Assembly (NCBI RefSeq): GCF_964204645.1
Contig: NC_134026.1
Span: 23,532,150 to 23,596,149 of the forward strand
Reading direction: 5' to 3'
Origin: Tubulanus polymorphus
Lineage: Eukaryota > Animalia > Nemertea
Length of the DNA stretch: 64,000 bases
Under the pieces are notes generated by a model. That model worked only from the letters and a program-made list of their open reading frames with translations. It was not told where the DNA came from and did not search any database. Each line of letters begins with the position of its first letter. Position 1 is the stretch's first letter. Shown here one piece after another: positions 54,143 through 64,000 of this stretch. A program made the translations under genes and the position numbers.

Positions 54143-54285
54143 GCTGTCTCCCTGTACGATGTACGATGCTGGATGTCTGATTCCAGGAGTCCGATTTCCG
54201 ATTTCCGATTTCCTACTCCGTGTTTTAGTTAATGTCGACTTCTCGGAAACATTCGACTCTTCCTGGAAATTGCTTAGTTGTCAAT
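54143..54285. promoter_or_regulatory. Very compact bidirectional promoter and 5'UTRs between EBP2 and SEC23IP
   Basis: Divergent ATGs at 54142 (-) and 54286 (+); CpG-rich; CCGATTT repeated three times from 54191. Confidence 0.7.
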
Positions 54286-57200
54286 ATGGCGGACCGAACG
54301 AAAAGTTCCGATCATGGCGCTACACCGCCTCCCCTGCTCCTCATGCCACCCGGTGAAGGACTCACATTAGACACAACCATCAGTTCTAACATCCTGATGC
54401 CCGTTGCTCCTACAGGAGCTGCATCTTTAATGTCAGAAGCCGAAGGTGAGAAATACTGCTCGTTTAATCCGTAAATTCAAACCCGGAAGTAAAGAAATCA
54501 AATGCAATTCGCTTTTTTTATCCGAATAATGTCAATGTGTCGACCTGCTTATTAATCCCTTTTAATTCAAATTTCTTTTTTTAGAGGTTGATGTAGATTT
54601 AGAAGCAGACAGTTTTGTCGGGCAGAATCCATCCCCTCCTCCTCATGGGGCAATAAACAATCAACATACTGGTGGCGGTGGAACATATTCATTTTTCCAG
54701 TCATCAACTCCGGCGACTTCATCTGATCCGTTTTCACAGGTTGGAGCCAATCCTATTCCCTCACAACCACAGCAGGTATCATCGATTAGACAACCTCCGG
54801 TATCTGTGTTTTCTCCTGTAAGTCAAATTCAGCCGCCACATGTACCTGCTAACACTTCATTTGGGCCGCCACCTGTATCTATCGCAGGATTACCACCTAG
54901 GCCACCAGTGACAGGACCTCCATTTGGAGGACTACCACCTAGAGGTAATGACTGTTTTAGGCTTGACTTTTGAATATTCCGTGACAAATGATCCGTTCTT
55001 GATTTTTGTTTGAATTATTGATTTTGATTAGGAGGAACTACAATCAATTATCATCGTGCGCAAGGTCCCCTTAGATATGCTCAGCCTCCTCCTGGAACGT
55101 ATGCCTCAGCTGCTGGATCACAACATCCTGGTCCCCCTCCACCGGCATTTGATGGTGTGCCAATTGCTCAGGTAAAAACTTACCCTAACTGTCAAGTCAA
55201 GTCTTTTACGTTTCATTTACTTTACAAACCTATAAATCATAAGGGATGTTGCAGCCCACACCACTTTATCATAATCAACAATAAAAAATAATTTTTTTTT
55301 TCGATTTATTGATTTTTAACTTCCAGTACCAGATGTTGTTGAACAGATGTTTAATACTTTTATAAGTAAACTGTCTACTGTATACATAAGTCTGTGTCTA
55401 ATTAAAGACTATTATAATGCTTGTAAAGTTAATACGTGTTCAATCAAGTAGGATCTTAAAGATAGAATACTCATCATAATGGATAAGAAATACCTTTATA
55501 CTTGTAGGATTGCACCAGTGAGTTGAAGTACTCCTATTAGAATTAATCTATGTGTTTGGATTAATCTAATTGGCATGTACATGTTTAATTTTCAGGTAGC
55601 ACCAATGCAACCCGAGCCGATGCCAAATGATGCTTCTGGTATGACATACATACCAATGAGTTCGACACCACAAATGCCTAATCAAGGTGTTGCACTGTAT
55701 CCAAATCAAAAGCTTTTCCAGCCAGTTCAGCCCCACTGGTTTTTCTGTAAGATCATTGAACATAGGGCCGTTTGGCTTCCAATGTCTTTGTTAGATACAA
55801 TGAGGTTAGAAGAGGCATATAATTCACCTATGTGTAAGTAAATTTTCATTGACTTCATTTTGTGTTTCAAAGCAATGACTAGTTCATCATGCACATCTTG
55901 ATTCTGATTTTCAGTTAATGAGACATCAGAACCGGTGATTGTATTTACGGATGGTGGGCGATATGATGTAGATTTGAGAAATCGTTGTCGAACTTCAGTC
56001 TATTGGGAAGAAGCGCCTACAGAAATAAAGAGGTGTACTTGGTTTTATAAATCGGAAGGTGACAATAGATATATACCCTATGACGAGGAATTTGCTGGGC
56101 AGTTAGAAGTAAGCTATTGTCTCAACAGAGCTATTTGCTATTTCTTTTCGAAAAAAAATTGAAATTGATTTTCTTGTTTGCTTTTCAGGAAGAATATAAA
56201 ACTGCTGTATTGACAAATGTTTGGCATAAACGACTGGAATTTCCTGGTGGTGAAACAATTGTCATGCATAACCCAAATGTCATTGTGCATTTCAGACCAT
56301 CATCATTGCCTGATGAATGGGGCACTGTGCAGGTAACAAAAGTAGGATTATATTTCAGATTAATCTGATCATCAGCATTCTTTTTTAATGGGATCGATAT
56401 ATTGGTATTTCATTATTTCAGGGAGACCAGATGAGACCACGTGTTGTGAAAAGAGGCATTGAAGAATTTGAAAACATTGAGGATGGTTAGTTTCTAAAAC
56501 TGTTTCATTATCTGTGTGTTTTAGATCATTATTACAAATATTGAAATATCTTTCAGGCGAACCAGCTCTTATCGATCATCTCGTATTTGTTGTTCATGGT
56601 ATCGGACAAATTTGTGATATTCGCTTCCGAGGATTAGTGGAATGTGGTAAGACTTTGACTGCGGTTATTTCGTCATTGTGAGAATAATTTATGTTCGTGA
56701 TGTCGTTCTCTGGATATTGATTATTCTTCTTATTTGTACTTTCAAGTCGACGATCTACGAAGTAATTCAAACATGCTGTTGTCAACACACTTCCAACAAC
56801 ATGTGAAAGACAACCGTATAAACCGGATAGAATACTTACCGGTTCACTGGCATCAATCGCTCCACGGTGACGCGACTGGCATCGATCGCAGACTCAAACA
56901 GATAACACTGAAGAGTATCCCAAAGCTTCGAGATTTCACAAACGATACGCTGTTAGACATTCTTTTCTACACTAGTCCAAAATACTGTCAAGTGAGTCAA
57001 TTTACAGTAAACTGAACTTTGCTTTCCAAAGAAATGTCAATTCGCTACCTTGGTTTTTTACTGATATTGATAAATCTTTTCCTTCACAGACTATCTTAGA
57101 TACAGTGACATCTGAAATAAACAGATTGTATGATCAGTTTCTTCAACGCAATCCATCATTTACTGGTCAAATGTCAATAGCTGGTCATAGTTTAGGTGGG

Positions 57201-60200
57201 TTTACTCATTCATGCTTGGTGAATATTCTACAATCAAAAACATCTCAATTATTTCATTTAGATGATGCTATGATAGAGTTTCTAGGAAGCTATTGCTGCA
57301 CAATACATTATAGGATTTGTTCATTGAATTGTTTTCTAGGTTCAGCAGTTATGTTTGACTTGCTTGTACACCAACCTGATGCACAGTCAGCAGAAACATC
57401 CCAAGTCTCGGATCAACCTAATGAAACAGAAGTGCTAAAAGAAACTGTAGCTCAAGAAGATGAAACTTTGGTACATGTTTTACCTTAATAGTTTTGATGA
57501 TGCAATTCTCGTGAATGAAATCAAATATTAAATGGTGGTAAGTTATATCCCTGTGATTCACAATGTGATTTCAGGATGTACCTGCTGATTTAGAAGAAGA
57601 AGGTACTCCGACAATGGATGAAATCTTAGAAAAACTTGGTATGATGAACTTCAAACAAACTTTTGAAAATGAACATTTAGATCTTGAGGCATTGGTAAGT
57701 CTTCATCGCAATCGAAAAATCACATCCTGGTGATTCACGTACTCCTATCTGGAATTGTTGATTTCAGACACTGTGTAGTGCTGATGATATCAAAGAATTA
57801 GGTTTACCTATGGGTCCAAGGAAAAAACTACTGGGTTATCTGAAAGAACTTCGACAAAAAGAGGTTTATATACAATCCGTTTGAAATTATTATCATATCA
57901 ACATATAGATGTGTGCGTGTGTTTGCACTACTGAGATTTCTTGGTTGTGGTTTTTGTCAAATTCCTTGAAAAATTGTAGGAAAAAAGAATTGAAGCGGTC
58001 AAACGAAAAGCTGAGCAAGATGCTGCGAAAAAACTTATGGAAGAAAAGTTACTTGAACAACAAAAACAGTCAGAAGAGTCAAAGAGTGCTACCTCTATCA
58101 GGTGAATACCCTGTTGTTCCATGAATTGTTCAATAACAGTTGAAAACTTTCTTGTAAAAAGCAACTCTCTCCTTCATAAGCATCACTTTACATCAGTGTC
58201 CGTTTTGTGTATTGTATTCAGAGATCCACTCATAAGTCAAGATTCAGTTGCTTCCATCACTGGTATTGATTACGTCGATATCGGGTCTGCGGGTACAGGG
58301 CAACCTCATGTCAGATACCCAAAGCTGAATTTTACACCGGTGAATTTTTTCGCTTTGGGTTCACCAATCGCTCTGTTTCTAACAACTAGAGGAACTGAAA
58401 CGATCCCTGATGACTTCAGTTTTCCTACTTGTACTGGATTTTTCAACATTTTCCATCCTGTAAGTTAGTCTGCAAATTTCAAATGAAATGTTATGACACT
58501 ACACATATTTTGTTCTAACATCACACATTTTCTGAATATTTCATTTCATGGTGACCCAATTGAACTTACAGTTTGACCCTGTGGTGAGTAATTCTCATAG
58601 ATTCACCGAGGAGGGAATTGAAGCAAAAATGAATATGAAATTTTGTATTTACAGGCATACAGAATAGAACCACTTATTGCTTATGAATTCAGTAATATCA
58701 AACCTGTACTCATGCCCCACCATAAAGGACGTAAAAGGTTGCATTTAGGTATGTTAATACCATATATTACTTTTTTGTACCCTGATAGTGTAATTTTCTC
58801 ACACAAAAATGTGCAAAATAAACTTACTTGAATATTGAATAGAATTGAGAGAAAGTCTGGCAAAAGTTGGAGCTGATTTGAAAGAAAGGCTGGTCAATTC
58901 ATGGAAAAGTGCATGGAATACGGTGAATGAATTTGCTCGAGCTCATCGCGCGACTCCACAATCGCAGAACTTAGACCAAGACGTTGATGATCTGGTTAAA
59001 CAGGTCGAACACATGACGCACGTTGAAGACTCTGCAGAGACGGGTTGTAAGTATGATCAATTTCGAAACCATTTACTTATGGTATCAGAGTATTATACGT
59101 GATATAATTGTATTGTATTTTCAGCTGTCTGTGAGTCTGTGACTACTGAGGAAGATTTAGTAATTGGTCAATTGAATGGTGGGCGTCGTATAGATTATGT
59201 ATTGCAGGAAAAACCAATTGAAAGTTTCAATGATTACCTATTTGCTTTGGCTAGTCATGGATGCTATTGGTATGTGGTTCACAATGCTAAACTTATTAGT
59301 TACCTGTAAATCATCATTCATTTTATACATAACATAACAAAATAAATCATATCATATCATAACAAAATAAATCATATCACCCTGACATGGACACAAATAT
59401 CCTTTGCTTGATTGATGTACAATCTTTGAAGTGAACATTTGATTAAACTCACAGAATTTTTTATAGCACTTCTGACGATTTTGTTTTATTAGGGATGAGA
59501 ATCAGTGTTATTGGTAAGGGCTCCTGATTTACATGTTTTGCGCATGGTAGCAACAACTCTCGTCTATTGTTGCCTCTATTGCCTCGATCCCCGTATAAAC
59601 CTGCCTAAATGGCTTTGGTGCTGTAATTATCAAATTCATTCATCTGGTCAAACTATTTATAATGGGCCTAATGTATCACCGAAGGTCACATACTTTCACT
59701 ACCTTTGAGAGTGCCTCATATTCTTGTATCTCTACAAAATATTTATACGAATAGGGTCCCAAAAAATACGGCACATAGATTAGATTCAGTAGTTTGGTAT
59801 TAAAAAATGAAACATAAAGAACAGGTAATCTACACAAATCAACATAAATACTGGTACATCTTTATAAACCTTAACAAAGTTTTTGGGTTTAACAAGCACC
59901 TGTTTCACCTGTGATCTCTTGTGATAAATTCTTGGAAACTTACTGAGTGCTTTGGTCAAGGCTGCACAAATTTTTGATATCCAAATTGACATGTTTGAAG
60001 TCAAATCCAGTATGTTTATTATGGTAATCGAGACAAATTGCTGTATATTTCAGGGAGTCTGAAGACACTGCTCTGTTGATATTGAAAGAAACATACGCAT
60101 TGATGGGCGTCACACCACAGAAACAAGGGCCACCCGCGCAGAAAGGACTGCGAATGACCAGCCCACCTCGTGAATCTATGCCACCCCTGCCAGGCCAGCC

Positions 60201-60402
60201 ACCTGTTTCATCACAAAATGGTTTCATGTCTGCGCCTTATGTCGGCAATACTGCAAGTATGCCACCGCCACCAATGGGTCCTCCTACTGGTACGACAGCA
60301 CCATTGAGAGGTCTACCTCCTCCTTTAGTTAATGTGGCTGCTGGTCATCCTCCAATGATGGCAGGTCCACCACCCTTGTCCGGTTTTGTGAGAAAGAGCT
60401 AG
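54286..60402 (+). CDS. SEC23IP: SEC23-interacting protein / DDHD2-like intracellular phospholipase A1 (Pro-rich N-terminus, WWE, lipase motif, SAM, DDHD)
   Basis: Exons 54286-54445, 54585-54944, 55032-55171, 55596-55833, 55915-56108, 56189-56332, 56422-56485, 56557-56646, 56747-56991, 57090-57195, 57340-57470, 57575-57694, 57768-57863, 57980-58101, 58222-58459, 58572-58583, 58655-58748, 58843-59046, 59125-59269, 60054-60402 (TAG). Motifs: [88 protein letters not shown]. Confidence 0.95.
59493..59513 (+). CDS. SEC23IP: Candidate 21-nt alternative microexon of SEC23IP (phase 2-2; adds DENQCYW)
   Basis: tctgacgattttgttttattag|GGATGAGAATCAGTGTTATTG|gtaagg; matches the phase of the host intron 59270-60053. 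Confidence 0.55.
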
Positions 60403-60488
60403 TCATCTTGCTCAATTGAAATATGAAAGGGATGAGTGTAATACATGCATGCAGTACATGTCCTAGATCCACTCCTGTTTCTGGACCT

Positions 60489-60620
60489 GGGCCCAGTAGC
60501 TCAAAAGGTGGTTCAAGATAACCGGCAGATAAACACCAACAGTAAACAATGAACTTTTAATTGTCACTATATCAACTAACCACTGGTTAACTCTCACCAA
60601 CTTTTGAGCAAACTGGCCCC
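60489..60620. mobile_element. MITE in the SEC23IP 3'UTR
   Basis: TIR GGGCCCAGTAGCTCAAAAG ... CTTTTGAGCAAACTGGCCCC; a related left-end fragment lies at about 62132-62180. Confidence 0.65.
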
Positions 60621-61208
60621 TCGGGTGTTAAAGAATTCAATTTAACATTTGACAGGTTTAGATCTGAACCATGGATCACTAAAGTAATTTCTAAATATAG
60701 AACTGGTCCTTTCGATTTCGAAAACTTGTTAATTTTGGATTTATGTATGTACGTTAAATCTGGGGTAGTCAGGTTTTCTCAACAAAAAGGGGTGGGGTAC
60801 CTTAACTGTTATACTTTACACTGAAATGATGAAAAAATGGTTGAGGTACATGAGGTTTAATGTTTTGATGATTCTTTATTTGAACTTCAGTTTTCCTGAA
60901 AGCGATTATAACAATCACATTAATTTTCATGTAGACTTTCCATGCATGTTTAATTATGAAAATCATTTCCCAGATGTATTTGAATTAGAAAAAATATACA
61001 CAACATTGATTTCTATGGTTATCTTTGAGTATCTGGTGGTCTCTTGTGTATTTTGATCGAAGGTGCTTCAACTATTTTCAATGTAATGTATTGATATATT
61101 ATTTAAAAGCTGGTTACTGGAATAAGCACTTTCACTTTAAGGGTTGGGGCTCAGTTCATTTGTGTACTTAACATGTATAACTTAAATGTACACGATTGTC
61201 TGTTTGTG

Positions 61209-61214
61209 AATAAA
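61209..61214 (+). terminator. Candidate SEC23IP polyadenylation signal
   Basis: AATAAA about 0.8 kb after the stop and just before the PITP promoter region. Confidence 0.4.
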
Positions 61215-61670
61215 ATTAATTTATTTCGTAAATATTAAAATTTTCTTATTAAAGGGATCTTGTTTGATTAAAGGGTTAAAATTAATTAAATGCTGGTATC
61301 CGTTGCCGGGACACCGCCTGATTTGATTACTTATTCCGTACAGTGCTGCCATCTAACGTTCAGGTGCGTCACAATTAAGGTAATCTTATAGTTAAGATCT
61401 CAAACCGAAAAGATACCAAGCTATTTTTGCTATAGTAAAAGCTGCTAGCAAAACAAAATAACAGTGGAAAATTATTTACATGAATTATAGTAGTTGATAT
61501 TATTGATTAGCCAAAAAGTCGACGGTAATTGCCTCTTTGAATAAAATTAGCGAAACGTTTTTTCATTGACGTAGTTATCGCGTTGACCGACATCCGGGAT
61601 ATACGTTGGTTCTTTTCTGTTTCGCTGTTGACTGCAACACCCCGTGTGTGCTCGCCAAAAATTCCTCAAC

Positions 61671-63305
61671 ATGAAGATTATTGAGTTGTAAGTGGCTTCT
61701 AGCTCTAGATTATGATTACTGGTTATCCAAAGTAGCTTGAGATTTAAAAATGCAGTTGTTTGGCCATTGAAAAAAGCTTGGACTTCACAACAAAATTAAA
61801 ATGAAATCGATTTCAGAGAGACTGACAGTCAGTATATAGACAGTGGCAGATTTTGAGATCTGTCAGTAGTGTCACATAACTCATTGATCAGTCAAACAAG
61901 TTTCTTCACAATTTTTAGATTTCTCTTTCGTGACTCCTCAATCTAGATTCCAGGATGATCCACCAGTTTCATTTCATTATCCTGCTGGGGCCTGGGGGTC
62001 AATGACGAAAATTGTGTTTTTCCATCCCGTAGAGTTTGGATCATGGCATCATGTCACAGGCCACGACAAGAATAAAGGGTGGTTCTTTTAACCGAAGAAT
62101 TTAAGGTTTTAGGGGTTGGAGGTTTGGACTAGCGCCAGTTGCTCGTAAGTTGGTTAAGATAAAACCGGCGGATACCATGGCAGGGATGTACTTTTAACGA
62201 AGTGGCTATTCTTACGGACACGTACAATGATTCCGTAGGCTATTTGTACGCTGCCGTACGGATTACTCTGGAATGTTCGTAAGGGAAGGGATAGGGTAAG
62301 GTGAGACTATATGTAGTTAAAACATTCGGCTGACTGTCAGCGAGCTCGGTGGTCTAGTGGTATGATGCTGCGCTAGTAATTTACTGGTTTGAGTCTCGCT
62401 CGATCCGTTCTATTTTTCTCTAACTCTTCACACTATCCTTGAAGTCGTGCACTTCTGTACGCATGCGCAGCATTAATCAGCCAATAAGCGACAGTTATTA
62501 GCGTACAGATCCTAGTTCACTTGGATGATAATCAATAATTTTCTGGATTTTAATGATACCTTAGCCGACCCAACCTTAACCCTTCAGTGGGGAGACGATA
62601 ACTATTTTTTTACCTATTTTCTAGTCGAGTACGTTTGCCGATGAAGGTGGAAGAGGTATGTCATACATATACTGAACTATCTTTCTTAACATTATGATCC
62701 GTCATCAGATCACTGGTTAAGTGGTGGTTTAATGGATGTGTTGTTCCTATTTACAGTACCAAGTTGCTCAATTATACTCAGTCGCTGAAGCAAGTAAAGC
62801 TGAAACCGGAGGTGGGGATGGTATTGAAGTTTTAGCAAATCATCCAATTAAAGAACAGCCTGTGCCCGCTTTGATGGATGGTTACACGGAAGGCCAATAT
62901 ACGCATAAAATTTACCATATAGAAAAGTAAGCATTAGCACGTAGTTCAGCTCTGGGCTTCGTGGGGAATAGTAGAGGTTTAGAAATTATCTGATCCTGTT
63001 TTTTCGTCTTGTGTTTTTCAGCAAAATCCCATCTTTTCTGCGAAAGTGTTCGCAAAAGATTTGCGGTAAAGGCTGTTTTTCATTTCATGAAAAAGCGTGG
63101 AATGCATATCCATACTGTAGAACTGTTGTGACGGTAAGCTTCATTTCGACTGATAAAAGCGCTGCGATGATTTTGTTCAGATTTGGTGATCATTGACTGT
63201 TTTATTATAAGTCTTGTCCGACTCTTTCAGAATGAATATATGAAGGACTCTTTTTTCCTAAAGATCGAAACACTTCACAAGGATGATGATGGCTCGTCAG
63301 AAAAT
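61671..63305 (+). CDS. PITPN: Class I phosphatidylinositol transfer protein (PITP alpha/beta, vibrator-like), 3'-truncated by the window
   Basis: Exons 61671-61687, 62625-62655, 62757-62926, 63022-63133, 63231-63305, then an intron to the window end. Translation: [42 protein letters not shown]...GQYTHKIYH...[33 protein letters not shown]. Confidence 0.94.
62342..62406 (+). mobile_element. tRNA-derived (SINE head or tRNA pseudogene-like) sequence in PITP intron 1
   Basis: A-box TGGTCTAGTGG followed by TATGAT, B-box-like GGTTTGAGTCT; the anticodon/variable region is too short for a full cloverleaf. Confidence 0.5.
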
Positions 63306-64000
63306 GTAAGTAAAGATGATAGGGATCGGGAATTATAATAAGCGTTGATGGATTTGATAGTGATATTATGGGCTTCAAAAGTGCGATCGAAGGATAACGT
63401 TAGATACAACAACAAAAATGATCATATCTGATAAGGCTATGGTCTGCCAATGCAAGATTATTTTCATGAGCATTTATATGGCTTGTTATGAATGATATAG
63501 TGATGAAATTCAGTAGAGCAGATTGCAATAATTGATGACATTCAGATGTTTAACAGATTGCAACCAGTAAATTGTTGGGTCTAATGCCCAAACAATATCT
63601 CTGAACAATAACTTCAAATAATCAATGGATTTTTACCACTAAAAGCAACCTAATTGAATCATAATGAAAGAAGGAAATCATCGTATAAACTAATACTGAA
63701 TATGTATGATTGTTTCAGTTCGGTGATAATATTTGTCTCGTGATGCCTTCAGGGTATTATGAGTAATCCTTAGGAATTATCTTTGTCTTTAGGCATTTGT
63801 TGAACTACGTTTAAAAAATCTATACTTTAATCATACATATATATATATATATAGTATATGAGTGTATGGAATATTTGTAAATATATCTTTTGTGAATTTG
63901 CAAACTGATAAATCTGTCACACCCCATTTAATAGTATGACAGTTAACATATGCCATCCACTCTATACATAATACCAGTTGATCTTGGCCTTTCATGCCTA

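Noticed and set aside
62342-62406. Functional tRNA gene
   Set aside because: The anticodon arm cannot be formed and the B-box deviates from GTTCRA; treated as SINE or pseudogene-like.
61671-63305. RdgB/PITPNM identity for the PITP gene
   Set aside because: [18 protein letters not shown] is the class I signature, not the RdgB-type QLYMIQKKS.
1-64000. U12-type or other non-canonical introns, and stop-codon read-through motifs
   Set aside because: All reconstructed introns are GT-AG without the GTATCCTT donor, and no annotated stop has a TGA-CTA context.

Overview
AT-rich, intron-rich animal genomic DNA. It is probably an invertebrate (lophotrochozoan-like), but the species cannot be determined from the sequence. 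I reconstructed six spliced protein-coding genes by hand from GT-AG junctions and reading phase: (1) the 3' part of a GIT1/2 ArfGAP gene (+, to 8991); (2) a complete GRK2/3 beta-adrenergic receptor kinase gene (+, 11353-40495, 19 coding exons, one 16.3-kb intron); (3) GLT1D1 (+); (4) EBP2/EBNA1BP2 (-); (5) SEC23IP/DDHD2-like phospholipase (+), head-to-head with EBP2 across 143 bp; (6) the 5' part of a class I PITP (+). Several MITEs, SINE-like fragments and microsatellites are also present. The most interesting signal is in GIT: four extra frame-preserving phase-1 exons, three repeating the YDSV phosphotyrosine motif, lie in introns rich in UGCAUG. This suggests splicing-controlled SH2-docking valency. 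Other highlights are GIT lying directly upstream of its named partner GRK2, candidate microexons in the GRK kinase domain and the DDHD domain, and a palindrome-packed EBP2 intron containing a flip/flop foldback element. All gene models are manual and lack transcript support. Most entries in the supplied ORF track are intronic noise or exon read-through.
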